A model generated the notes under the pieces. That model did not search any database. It saw nothing but the letters and a program-made list of their open reading frames with translations, and was not told the DNA's origin. A program made the translations under genes and the position numbers. From Paramoeba atlantica (lineage: Eukaryota; Protista; Discosea), in NCBI GenBank assembly GCA_977017575.1, contig CDRNVI010000080.1, forward strand, positions 62,725-126,724: a DNA stretch of 64,000 nt, written 5' to 3'. This document shows positions 33,014-44,182 of the stretch, one piece after another (the stretch's first letter is position 1; each line of letters opens with the position of its first letter).

Positions 33014-34972
33014 ATGCACGGAGGCAGATGTCCTTCGCTTCATTTTCTCACGAACTCAAATTTCTTCTCTGTGCGTAGGCAATCGTTCTCCACCCGACGC
33101 ACCGCTTTTCTCTCCTCTACCCCATTGCTACGCCACAAGCACGACACTGCTATCCCCTGCTTACACACCCCAGAGGACTCATCCGCTCGTGCGTCGTTTC
33201 CCACACAGTTGGACGACCTTCCCGATGACGGTCAGAGCTCGACGGGCACACCCACCGCTTCGTACCCCCGGCGCGAGACGCCCATCCCCTCTTTTTCCTC
33301 CTCCTTTTCTTTTCCCAGTAGTACCGAACCTGTCCGTGACCGTGACGTCGGGGCCCAATGGGGTGGACGTCTCTCAGAACACCAGCGTCGGAATTCCCCA
33401 ACCCATCCTGACGAGACCCACGCATGGGCTCAGCGCAACCAGCAGTTCACCCGTGCCACCCGTGCCGTGTTTGTCACCATAACCTCCCACCTCCCCCCAC
33501 AGGAGAAAGTCCTCCGTCTCGCGGAGCTCTTCCGTGACGTCACCGCCAATGCCCTACAACTCCGTCCCCCCACCTATGAGGACATGTTCGAACTCATGCT
33601 CTCCACCCCCTACCACCGCGGCACCCCCTTCCCCCACACCGAGCTCATGTTCCGCATGTACCACCACATGAAGGCCGGGTTCGCCTCCCCCACGGCCAAG
33701 CTCCTCGAGTACCTCATGTGTGCCCTCGGGCGCACCCGGGTCGCGGACCCCCGGGCGGAGGCCCGCGCCCACCGCCTCATGCTCGACGCCGACCGCCACG
33801 CCCTCACCCCCACCCGCTACACCTACACCCACTACTTCGACCTCTGCGGCCTCAACGGCGCGACCCACGTAGCGCTCGCCCGCTTCGTCGACGCGCGGCA
33901 CCGGCTCGGGGTGCAGCCCGACGAGGGGATGTGCACCACGCTGATCCGCGCCCTCGTGCGCAACGGGCACACCGAGGAGGCGGTGGGGTTCATTGCCCGG
34001 ATGTACGCCGTCCCGGTGGACGTGTTTCTCATGGACGCGATCCTGGAGGCGTTCGCGAGGAGCGCGGACCCGTTGGCCGCGTTTAGTGCCTACCGTGGGC
34101 TGCTGGGGAGTGGGGTTACCCCGTGCCCGTACACGTTCTGGTACCTGTTGATGGCGTGTGAGAAGAGTGGGCATTGGGAGGAGACCCCGTTCGTGTTGCA
34201 GGAGATGCATAAGCTTCATGTGAAGGGGAATCCCGGGACGTTGAATTTGCTGTTGAAGGGGTTTATTTTGCTAAAGAAGGAGTCCGTGGCCCGGCGGCTG
34301 TATCAAACCATGAAACGGCGTAAGGTGGAGGTGTGGGAGGGGATTCAAAAAGCCCTACCGGCGGGCTGGGACCAGGAGGCGCGGGAAAAGGTTGAGGTCT
34401 CCGAGCAGCGCATACAAGACCAGGCGGAGCGCAAACAAAAGGCGCAGGCCGATATGGAAGCTTTGATGCAGTATAAAGCGGAGAAATTAGCATCTCGGCG
34501 ATCTGCTTCTGGTAGTGAAGCTGATGGCAAGCCCGCGTCATCGGACTCCGCAATATCGGTAAAAGATCCCTCCACACCACGGGTTGTACGTCCTCCTCGA
34601 TCTGGAAAACTAATTCCGATGGATAGAGATCATTTGGAAATGTTCGCCCGTCATCGACGACTGTCCTGGGTGTCCATTCGTTACCTGGAAAAATTTGTTC
34701 GTGATCGGGAGAAGGAGAAGCAACGTGAGGATCTTAAGACGGTAGGAAGTGATAGGCGACCTCCACGGCGGATGTCAGCAAGACAAATCAAGGCAAGCGT
34801 TTATCGTTTCTTTGGTGTACGGCCGGTGGAGAGGGATGAAGAAGGTACCGAGGATGCCAACACACATGATAAGTCTCTGAAAAGGAATAATGAAGAGAAA
34901 ACGCCGTTTTATGGCACAAGAGGAGGATCCAGACCAAGAAGATTATCGCGCACAAAAGTGTCGAGAAGGTAA
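33014..34972 (+). CDS. Pentatricopeptide-repeat protein, probably mitochondrial
   Basis: About 6-7 35-aa repeats (PTRYTYTHYFDLCG, PDEGMCTTLIRALVRNG, PCPYTFWYLLMACEKSG). The Arg/Ser/Phe-rich N-terminus resembles a presequence. Confidence 0.8.
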   Translation: MHGGRCPSLHFLTNSNFFSVRRQSFSTRRTAFLSSTPLLRHKHDTAIPCLHTPEDSSARASFPTQLDDLPDDGQSSTGTPTASYPRRETPIPSFSSSFSFPSSTEPVRDRDVGAQWGGRLSEHQRRNSPTHPDETHAWAQRNQQFTRATRAVFVTITSHLPPQEKVLRLAELFRDVTANALQLRPPTYEDMFELMLSTPYHRGTPFPHTELMFRMYHHMKAGFASPTAKLLEYLMCALGRTRVADPRAEARAHRLMLDADRHALTPTRYTYTHYFDLCGLNGATHVALARFVDARHRLGVQPDEGMCTTLIRALVRNGHTEEAVGFIARMYAVPVDVFLMDAILEAFARSADPLAAFSAYRGLLGSGVTPCPYTFWYLLMACEKSGHWEETPFVLQEMHKLHVKGNPGTLNLLLKGFILLKKESVARRLYQTMKRRKVEVWEGIQKALPAGWDQEAREKVEVSEQRIQDQAERKQKAQADMEALMQYKAEKLASRRSASGSEADGKPASSDSAISVKDPSTPRVVRPPRSGKLIPMDRDHLEMFARHRRLSWVSIRYLEKFVRDREKEKQREDLKTVGSDRRPPRRMSARQIKASVYRFFGVRPVERDEEGTEDANTHDKSLKRNNEEKTPFYGTRGGSRPRRLSRTKVSRR

Positions 34973-35157
34973 TATACAGGTAGATAGGCAAGAATCCTAT
35001 GAAGTGCTTCAACTTGGGATTTATGTTTTATACTTGTAGTAGTTACAAATAAATAGCATCAATCAAACAGGCCCATCTCTATTTTGACGTTTTTTTCTTA
35101 ATCGTAGGAATTTTTCTTTAGAATCGCACTTTTTGGATAACTCACTATCTGTAAAAC

Positions 35158-35922
35158 ATGTACTTACTTTTTCTCCACACCAAAGATTCCGAGGATCGGC
35201 GACTTAAAACAGGATCTAACACAGTTTCTTCGGGTAGAAGAGGTAAAATTCGAGGTAACACTCTCCCCGTGGAGGTCGCTTTAGAACTCTTTTTGCGTAA
35301 CGTCACAGGGCAGCCCGCGTCGTGGAATGCGGCCAATCCGATCGCAAGCTGGTATAAGGCCGAAATGCGCACGCAAGACAAACTGGAACTACAGTTTGGT
35401 TCGATATCTCTTCGTGGTAAGCTGAACTGGGCATCGCTTCCTTCCATTACTTCCGTTCTTCTGATACATGACAACCAGCTCGAGGGTTCATTCCTTTGCA
35501 ATGAGTTGCCCAGTGGGCTTCAGGTAATATGGGCTAACGGCAACAAATTTTCTGGACCGTTAGATATAGAAAATTTGCCCGTTGCCATGGCCGTGTGCTA
35601 TTTCGGGAACAATAAATTTATAGGAGAGCTCAACCTCCGTAATCTGCCTCCCAGGCTACGTGAGCTACATCTGGAATTTAACTCGTTTGAGGGAAACATT
35701 GATCTTTCTACTCTTCCCGGGCTTTTGCAAAGGATTGATTTGAGTTGGAACAAACTGAGCGGAGAACTTGATGTGAGCCATCTAACGGATGCCATGCTGC
35801 ACTTGAATGTATATAACAACGCGTTTCAGGGGGTGATACCCGACCCGCCTCCTAAATGCGTTCAGTTACATAAGAAATTCCAAGTTCCCAATATTCCTTT
35901 TGTAATGAGAGACCAATTGTGA
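35158..35922 (+). CDS. Leucine-rich repeat protein, paralog 2
   Basis: LRNLPPRLRELHLEFNSFEG-type repeats. Confidence 0.82.
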   Translation: MYLLFLHTKDSEDRRLKTGSNTVSSGRRGKIRGNTLPVEVALELFLRNVTGQPASWNAANPIASWYKAEMRTQDKLELQFGSISLRGKLNWASLPSITSVLLIHDNQLEGSFLCNELPSGLQVIWANGNKFSGPLDIENLPVAMAVCYFGNNKFIGELNLRNLPPRLRELHLEFNSFEGNIDLSTLPGLLQRIDLSWNKLSGELDVSHLTDAMLHLNVYNNAFQGVIPDPPPKCVQLHKKFQVPNIPFVMRDQL

Positions 35923-36105
35923 CAAAAAACAGGAAATAGATTATTGTTTGCTACACCCCTCCTATGGACAGTTGAAAACCTTTGGTCTCAAAGTTCGGCA
36001 AAGATTTTTTTTAAAATAATGACATGGAAATATTACATAAAAACGCTGATAAAACTTATTGATTGCGTAGAAACGCTGACATTTTGCCACTATTCTGCCT
36101 CCAAC

Positions 36106-37998
36106 ATGATCGATGAGGTATCCGTTGTCTCGTTCGGCGGGTGTGTGTTGTGGCGACACACATCTCGACCTATACAGGGTAATCCAGTGAATCAGTTTGT
36201 CAAGAACATACTGCTGGAGGAGCGCATTGGAGAGGGGCGTGTCGGATATCTTTCTGGGGAGTACCGAGTGCAGTACCAAATGGGGAACGAGGAAGAAGTC
36301 TTCTTTGTCGCACTAACCCGTAAGGCTGTGCCACTGTGTGCCTACGACTTACTGTCGTCTCTGCGGAAGTTATTTTTAAGGGGGTACCGGTGTTCCTCCT
36401 CTACTTGTCCACCTCTACTGAGTGTTTCTCCTTCGCTGGGTGAGTCTCTGCGGCGAGAGCTGGATGCTTTCCAGCCAGAACTGCACAGCGACACGAACAT
36501 ATTTTCCGTAGACCAAGAAGAAACCCTCACGACTGCCGAAGTCCCCATAGTAGAAGCAGCGACTCAAGACCTGGAAGATAGTCCGGAAACGGAGGCCGCG
36601 TTTCCCTCAACTGGGGGAGGTATCTCCGGAGGGAACTCCCTTCCTGCCGAAAATACAGAAGACACAGTTCCTCTCGACTCTCCCCCGGCGGAAGGCCCCA
36701 AAAAGATCTCTCGCGTGTTAATCAGCCGACATGGTGTGCGAAAATCTAGCAAACCCCTCGTCCCTCCCCCCGCAAACCCTTCCACAGTAATATCGGATGA
36801 AAAAGAGACTCCGGCGAAACCCGAGGGCCGGAAAGCAAAGCCTGGCACCGCAAAACCCAAGAAGCCACGACAGTGGGGAGATACCCAAGGCCGGGAAGAG
36901 GACTATGTGATTCACAACGAGAACAACACAATAAACTCTCCGCCCCCCAACACTGTCAGCCAACTTTTACAACGGGACCCCCAAGGAGAGGTCGCCCCGG
37001 TGGAGTTAGAGAAGTGGGACACGCTAGAAAAGAATAAAACAAACGACACGGGCGGGGTCTTCGGCTTTCTTCGCCGAGCTCTCGGAGGGGAACGTTCTCT
37101 CGGGGAGGCAGAGATCGACACCGTCCTCCCACTCCTGCGGGATAAACTCATCTCCAAAAACGTCGCCGTGGAGGTCGCGGATCGGCTCACCGCCTCCGTC
37201 TCCAAAAGTCTCGAGGGCCGACGCGTGACTCACTTCCACAGCCTCTCCGAGGTGGTCGAGCGCGAGCTTAAAGAGGCGCTGCGACGTGTACTCACCCCGA
37301 AGAAAGAGATTAACCTGATACGGGACATCGCACGATCCCGTGAGTCTGTTTCCTCTTCCTCCTCCCCCCGTCCCTATGTCGTGTGCCTGTGTGGGGTGAA
37401 CGGGGTAGGGAAGTCCACCTCCCTTGCCAAGCTCGCGTTTCTCCTCACCCAGCACGGGTTTAAAGTACTCGTCGCGGCGTGTGACACTTTCCGAGGCGGG
37501 GCTGTGGAGCAGCTCGAGGTCCACTGCCGGGCTCTGGGCCTTCCCTTGCATACGCTCGGGTACGGCAAGGATGCCTCCCAGGTCGCGTCCTCGGCGATTA
37601 CTCGTGCCACCCGGGAAGGGGTGGATGTCGTGTTGATCGACACCGCGGGGCGCATGCAGGACCATGAGGCACGGATGAGTGCCCTGGCGCGTCTGATTCA
37701 CGCCAACGCCCCCGATCTTACGCTATTCGTCGGGGAAGCACTGGTGGGGAATGACGGGGCTCACCAGCTGCAACAGTTTAACGACTGTTTTGTGCGGCAC
37801 ACCCCGCCTGGGGCTCGGGTTCGAGGGGTGGATGCGATTGTCCTCACAAAGTTTGACACGATTGATGATAAGGTGGGGGCCGCGTTGTCAATGGTGTACC
37901 AGTGTGGACAGCCGATTGCGTTTGTAGGGGTGGGACAGACGTACCAGGATTTGAAGAAACTGTCCCCGGAGGTGGTGGTACACTGTTTGTTGGATTAA
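36106..37998 (+). CDS. SRPRA: Signal recognition particle receptor alpha subunit
   Basis: N-terminal SRX-like MIDEVSVVSFGGCVLW..NPVNQFVKNILLEER; GTPase motifs GVNGVGKSTSLAK, DTFRGGAVEQL, DTAGR, TKFD. Confidence 0.92.
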   Translation: MIDEVSVVSFGGCVLWRHTSRPIQGNPVNQFVKNILLEERIGEGRVGYLSGEYRVQYQMGNEEEVFFVALTRKAVPLCAYDLLSSLRKLFLRGYRCSSSTCPPLLSVSPSLGESLRRELDAFQPELHSDTNIFSVDQEETLTTAEVPIVEAATQDLEDSPETEAAFPSTGGGISGGNSLPAENTEDTVPLDSPPAEGPKKISRVLISRHGVRKSSKPLVPPPANPSTVISDEKETPAKPEGRKAKPGTAKPKKPRQWGDTQGREEDYVIHNENNTINSPPPNTVSQLLQRDPQGEVAPVELEKWDTLEKNKTNDTGGVFGFLRRALGGERSLGEAEIDTVLPLLRDKLISKNVAVEVADRLTASVSKSLEGRRVTHFHSLSEVVERELKEALRRVLTPKKEINLIRDIARSRESVSSSSSPRPYVVCLCGVNGVGKSTSLAKLAFLLTQHGFKVLVAACDTFRGGAVEQLEVHCRALGLPLHTLGYGKDASQVASSAITRATREGVDVVLIDTAGRMQDHEARMSALARLIHANAPDLTLFVGEALVGNDGAHQLQQFNDCFVRHTPPGARVRGVDAIVLTKFDTIDDKVGAALSMVYQCGQPIAFVGVGQTYQDLKKLSPEVVVHCLLD

Positions 37999-38192
37999 AG
38001 TAAAGGAGTGAATATTTGACGGAGAAAAAAATGTGAATAGGGAGTGACAAATAAGTATTCTAACAAAATATCGTACTGCAATGGAAGAGTACGATAGAAA
38101 CTTGATAAAGGGGATTTTAACCAGAAAAATGAATAATATCCTTTGATTTTGTGTTCTTCTCTATTGCTTTTACGTCATAGTCTTCTCTATAA

Positions 38193-38612
38193 ATGTACGC
38201 AAAGCCTGTTACTGGACCCTATATCTCCGGGGCAAACGCCGCTCCGGCCCAACCCACAGCACGGAATGATATGGGGGGGTGTATCCCCCGCATCACGCTA
38301 AACATGCTGCCTGATTTCTGTAACCAAACCGTCACGTTCTTCGGCCGTGCCACAGGAGTAGACCACGAGAACTGGAAAGTTCACACGGAGTGCCCACTTT
38401 CCAGCGAGACGCTCGTTCTCTCTGTGGAACAGGGTGACCCAGAGAAGTTGAAGTTCTCGGTGAACAACCAGTTTCTGCTAAAAGTCGGGAAGACACCTCA
38501 GGAGGTATCACTACTGGGCCACGTCTCCCTCACCGATAACTTTGATTTTGAAAGTTACAAGGGACTGATGCAACACATGTGGGGACACACGGCGAATTTG
38601 TTTCACTCATAA
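38193..38612 (+). CDS. RPA3: Replication protein A 14-kDa subunit-like OB-fold protein
   Basis: PRITLNMLPDFCNQTVTFFG N-terminus and DNFDFESY..LF C-terminus resemble RPA3. Confidence 0.55.
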   Translation: MYAKPVTGPYISGANAAPAQPTARNDMGGCIPRITLNMLPDFCNQTVTFFGRATGVDHENWKVHTECPLSSETLVLSVEQGDPEKLKFSVNNQFLLKVGKTPQEVSLLGHVSLTDNFDFESYKGLMQHMWGHTANLFHS

Positions 38613-38968
38613 GTTTCTGATCATTATGTACTAGGGTTTGTAGCGATGCTTTCACACACATATTGTAAATCACGTACGCTACTGTGGTGTACTGTATATT
38701 CAATCAAAGATACGTATTCAGTAAATTAATTGGGGTGAAAGGGCACATTTCGAAAGCTGTGCTTTAAAATTCTGGCCGTCATCAAATGAGAGTCTTCTCG
38801 TGGATACTTAAAAATAGGCTTGTATATTCGTATTTATGTCTACTCAGCATTTTTTTTACATCACGACGTCATGGTTTGTGCTTGTTTGTACTGAAACTTT
38901 CTAGTCGGAAATATTTCCTTTTCTCACCCGCATGCTACCTTTTCTTTGCTAAACTTCCAACTTTTCCC

Positions 38969-39805
38969 ATGTCTCATCCGGTTGCGATTGTCACAGGTGC
39001 CAACAAAGGCATAGGGTATTACATTGCACGAAATCTTGCTCGCAAGGGTTTCAAAATTGTTCTGGGGTGTCGATCACTGCCCAATGCTCAGGCCGCGCGA
39101 GATCAACTCCTGCATGAGACACCCAACGCAGAGATAGAGTGTTTACCGGTAGATATTTCCAGCGAGAAAAGTGTGCGGGAGGCAGCCCACTTGTTCGAAG
39201 CTATGCAAAAAAGGACCTACCCTGCTCGTGATTTTCGTGTTCTCGTCAACAACGCGGGATTCGCCTATAAAACCGACTCCGCGGAGCCTTTTGCGACGCA
39301 GGCGAAAGTCACGGTAGACATCAATTTCTTTGGTACCCTACACATGTGTACGTATTTCACCCCACTGCTATCTACAGAGGGGGATGTACGCGTGGTGAAT
39401 GTATCCAGTCGTATCGGTCGACTCCGTCAACTCACCAGCTCTTCTCTACGCTCCCAAATGGACTCTCCCGATCTCTCCCTAGAGGCACTGAAAACGCTCA
39501 TGGGTCAGTTTCAGTCCCTCGCACAGACCAACGACCACGCAGCCCAGGGTTGGTCCCAGTCCGCTTATGGTGTGAGTAAATTAGGGGTGAATGCCCTCAC
39601 ACGGGTCCTGGCGCGAAACCAAGCCTCTCACATCCACTACACCTGTTGCTGCCCCGGATGGTGTCGCACCGATATGGCGGGGTGGGAAAATCCCCCGAAA
39701 AGTGCAGAGGAGGGAGCGGAGACTCCCACGTGGCTTGCTACCGCCCCGAGCGGCGACATAGGGAATGGAGCGTTCTACGGGGAGAAGGTCAAGCTACGGT
39801 TTTAA
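38969..39805 (+). CDS. Carbonyl reductase-like short-chain dehydrogenase/reductase
   Basis: TGANKGIG, NNAG, YGVSK, CCPGWCRTDM. Likely ATG at 38969. Confidence 0.9.
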   Translation: MSHPVAIVTGANKGIGYYIARNLARKGFKIVLGCRSLPNAQAARDQLLHETPNAEIECLPVDISSEKSVREAAHLFEAMQKRTYPARDFRVLVNNAGFAYKTDSAEPFATQAKVTVDINFFGTLHMCTYFTPLLSTEGDVRVVNVSSRIGRLRQLTSSSLRSQMDSPDLSLEALKTLMGQFQSLAQTNDHAAQGWSQSAYGVSKLGVNALTRVLARNQASHIHYTCCCPGWCRTDMAGWENPPKSAEEGAETPTWLATAPSGDIGNGAFYGEKVKLRF

Positions 39806-40277
39806 TGGTAACGCATTTCTTTTCTCATGGGTAAATTCTTGTCCGCACATGTAAATATTCTGCTGTTTAATTCAAAGAACGATCAAGATGTATACATGGA
39901 TATTGCGGTGGTTGTAAAACTACCGCTCTACCCTCGATTATTGAAAAAAAAGAGAACAAAAACAGTGAAAATATAAAGGGGAACACAGTAATATAATAGA
40001 AGAAAAAAATATAAAAGGGGGATCCGGTGGTCCAAAACTGAAAAAAAAAATTGAAAAAAATAAGGGGCCAGGGGGGGGGTCCAGGGGGATCATGGTCGAG
40101 CAAATTTTTTCGAAAAAATTAGTTTTCAAAAAAAACCCGCAGAAAGGGTAGCCGGGGTCTTGGCGCGCATTTTCCACCCCCTACCCGGGGGTGACCCCCC
40201 CGCGTATCCGCAGGACGGGTCCGCCAAGTTCGGATTTTTTCGGAAAAAAAATTTTGAAAAAAAATTCAACGTACCTA

Positions 40278-43200
40278 TAACTAGTATCTGGCACTATCCG
40301 AGTATATCCGTAATTAAATACGATCGTAATTAAATACAACTGTATATCAGGGAAAACTGTCGCAAAGTGTCTTAGAATATCTTAGAATAATGCCGAATCA
40401 CATTTTTGTTTTTTGTTAGAATGTTTTTTCAAAAATTTGGTTTTTACTAAAAAAGCCACCGACGTTATGTCTTGGGACTGAATAACTGCTGCTCACAATT
40501 CTATGAGTTTGAATAGATACAATCATATGAGTCTGAATAAATTACGCGGTGTGTTGTCGAGTGGAGAGTTTGTACTTCCTATCGTCACTCCTTTCGCATG
40601 CGTTTCATTGCTATTTCCGAGGAGATGACACACTAGTTGATGATGTTTTTCGGCGGTGATGGAATCGCGGGGAAGAGGGAGGATGTTTCGATAGCTATGT
40701 AACCCAGGATAAAGTGGACGAGGGAGGTTCTAAAAGCACCTTTAAACCACCACAAAAATGGAATGATATCTCCCGGTTTGTAAAGGATTCCGACGTGCCA
40801 AAAGAATCTTTAAGGGACATACCCTTCCATTTTTATGGTGGTTTGCCAAAGGTGCTTTTAGTATCTCCCTCGTCCACTTTAGCTTGGGTTACATTTTTTT
40901 CAGAATTTCTTGTCATATCATACGTATGTAAACGTGTAAGAACGCATGTAGAGGCGTGTGTATGTCCTTCACAAGCGGAGAGTGGTTGTAAAACTACCGG
41001 AGAGGTCCAGGGGGGGGGTCCAGGGGGGATCATGGTCGAGCAAATTTTTTCGAAAAAATTAGTTTTCGAAAAAAACCCGCAGAAAGGGTAGCCGGGGTCT
41101 TGGCGCGCATTTTCCACCCCCCTACCCGGGGGTGACCCCCCCGCGTATCCGCAGGACGGGTCCGCCAAGTTCGGATTTTTTCGGAAAAAAAATTTTGAAA
41201 AAAAATTCAACTTGGCGAAAAAAATGACAAAAAAAATATTTTTCCAAAATCGTTTCCCCTATTGTATTTTGTTAGTTTGGGACCTACACTAGCTTTCTCC
41301 GCAGTTGTTTTCGCAAGGTATCACTTCTTCTAACCGTGGTGCGCCCCTCAAAATGACCCATTTTTGACTAAAAAAGGTGAAAAAGTATTTTTCGGACCTA
41401 AAGGGGCATTTTTGTGTCGAAAGAATGGTATGGTTGGAGTCGCATTCTCTACCCAATACGTTCGGTAGGCTTCCATTCATGCCTACGAGTGATTTCCCAC
41501 GCGCGAATGTCGGATTTAGTGCTCTGAGAGTAAAAATACGCGAAAATCACCCCATTTTTACCCGAAATTCGGCTATTTTTGGCTATAATCTTTCCGTTTT
41601 CCAGGCTAAATTTTCTTTTTTAGGCTCTTCGTTAAACGCGGCGGTAGTTTTCAACTCGAAGCGCGCAGCATGAGTGACTTCTAAGTTGAAAACAACCACC
41701 GCGTTTAACGAAGAGCCTAAAATCTAATTACTAATTTAAGGATTTTTTTCGGCGAAAATAATCTTAATTGAATAATATCGCAATTAAATACTATCGCAAT
41801 TGAATAATGTCGTAAATAAGTATTATCGTAAGTAAATTCTTAATTTTGTTTTTCCATTATTTTCAAGAACATGACATGTTGTAGGTAAATTGTTTTGAAC
41901 GAGTGCATTGAACGAGTAAAAACCGCAGAAAATTAATACGTGTATGTTATATCATCCCTGATGGATAAGAGACGTTACTTCTATTCTTCCGATTCCATCG
42001 GATTATGACAACTTTTAAGCAGAACGCTCTTACAAGAACAGTCATCCGCTGAATTGACTCGGCTGCCCAAACCTCTCGATGTTCATCTTTGTCTTTCACC
42101 TCAACTGCCAATGCGACATCGATAGGAGTTGTCATTTTCAATCCCCGAAAAAATAAACTGAAAACTCAAAACAATTTAAGGATTCTTTTGGTGAAAATAA
42201 TCTTAATTGAATAATACCGTAATTAAATATATCCGTAATTAAGTACGATCGTAATTAAATACAACACTGTACGCTTATTTAATAAGCGTTTTAACACGTT
42301 TTCAGAGAAAACATAGAAAAAAGTGTCAAAAAAGTTGAGAGAAAGGAAAAAAAGCACACCTCCGAGTAAGGGAGAATTTAGCCATTTTGACCCAAAATCC
42401 ATTCTCTCACTGGGGGAGGGTCTACAGTACGTTAAAATATGCTGTATGCTAAGCAAGAGTTTTTAATTGATAGGATGTCTAACGGATTCTTTCAGTCTGT
42501 AAAAACTTTGCCGCGTATTACCTTACACATATTTTAGAAACAGGATATCTGTGCTCATATTGTTTATTTGTATTTTTTGAAGTTATAGTGCTCAGTTTTA
42601 CCTATAAGACTTAACTATAAGACTTAACTAGTATCTGGCACTATCCGAGTATATCCGTAATTAAATACGATCGTAATTAAATACAACACTGTATATCAGG
42701 GAAAACTGTCGCAAAGTGTCTTAGAATATCTTAGAATAATGCCGAATCACATTTTTGTTTTTTGTTAGAATTTTTTTTTCAAAAATTTGGTTTTTTACTA
42801 AAAAAGCCACCGACGTTATGTCTTGGGACTGAATAACTGCTGCTCACAATTCTATGAGTTTGAATAGATACAATCATATGAGTCTGAATAAATTACGCGG
42901 TGTGTTGTCGAGTGGAGAGTTTGTACTTCCTATCGTCACTCCTTTCGCATGCGTTTCATTGCTATTTCCGAGGAGATGACACACTAGTTGATGATGTTTT
43001 TCGGCGGTGATGGAATCGCGGGGAAGAGGGAGGATGTTTCGATAGCTATGTAACCCAGGATAAAGTGGACGAGGGAGGTTCTAAAAGCACCTTTAAACCA
43101 CCACAAAAATGGAATGATATCTCCCGGTTTGTAAAGGATTCCGACGTGCCAAAAGAATCTTTAAGGGACATACCCTTCCATTTTTATGGTGGTTTGCCAA

Positions 43201-44076
43201 AGGTGCTTTTAGTATCTCCCTCGTCCACTTTAGCTTGGGTTACATTTTTTTCAGAATTTCTTGTCATATCATACGTATGTAAACGTGTAAGAACGCATGT
43301 AGAGGCGTGTGTATGTCCTTCACAAGCGGAGAGTGGTTGTAAAACTACCGGAGAGGTCCAGGGGGGGGGGTCCAGGGGGGATCATGGTCGAGCAAATTTT
43401 TTCGAAAAAATTAGTTTTCGAAAAAAACCCGCAGAAAGGGTAGCCGGGGTCTTGGCGCGCATTTTCCACCCCCCTACCCGGGGGTGACCCCCCCGTGTAT
43501 CCGCAGGACGGGTCCGCCAAGCTCGGATTTTTTCGGAAAAAAAATTTTGAAAAAAAATTCAACTTGGCGAAAAAAATGACAAAAAAAATATTTTTCCAAA
43601 ATCGTTTCCCCTATTGTATTTTGTTAGTTTGGGACCTACACTAGCTTTCTCCGCAGTTGCTTTCGCAAGGTATCACTTCTTCGAACCGTGGTGCGCCCCT
43701 CAAAATGAACCATTTTTGACTAAAAAAGGTGGAAAAGTATTTTTCGGACCTAAAGGGGCATTTTTGTGTCGAAAGAATGGTATGGTTGGAGTCGCATTCT
43801 CTACCCAATACGTTCGGTAGGCTTCCATTCATGCCTACGAGTGATTTCCCACGCGCAAATGTCGGATTTAGTGCTCTGAGAGCAAAAATACGCGAAAATC
43901 ACCCCATTTTTACCCGAAATTCGGCTATTTTTGGCTATAATCTTTCCGTTTTCCAGGCTAAATTTTCTTTTTTGGGCTCTTCGTTAAACGCGGCGGTAGT
44001 TTTCAACTCGAAGCGCGCAGCATGAGTGACTTCTAAGTTGAAAACAACCACCGCGTTTAACGAAGAGCCTAAAAAA
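40278..44076 (+). repeat. Direct duplication of a ~1.45-kb modular unit (40278-41722 and 42625-44076), each copy ending in a ~100-bp hairpin
   Basis: Near-identical sequence with duplicated spurious ORFs at 40714/43065, 40833/43320 and 41377/43729. Confidence 0.9.
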
Positions 44077-44182
44077 GAAATGCTACACGAGCCAATTTGT
44101 ACAACCAAAAACTCTACTTATCCTTCCTTCAGATTTGAAAGCTTTCATTTTTCGAAATCTTTTTCACTGTTTATTCGGGTCA

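Noticed and set aside
41645-41685. Shared 8-9-mers (gaagtcac, cgcgcagca) between the hairpin loop and the satellite monomer
   Set aside because: Too short, and in different relative orientations; compatible with chance.
27460-44025. Repeated short ORFs (MDEGGSKSTF, MKMTTPIDV, MKKYFSDLK)
   Set aside because: They recur only because the DNA is duplicated; there are no canonical starts or domains, and copies carry disrupting changes.
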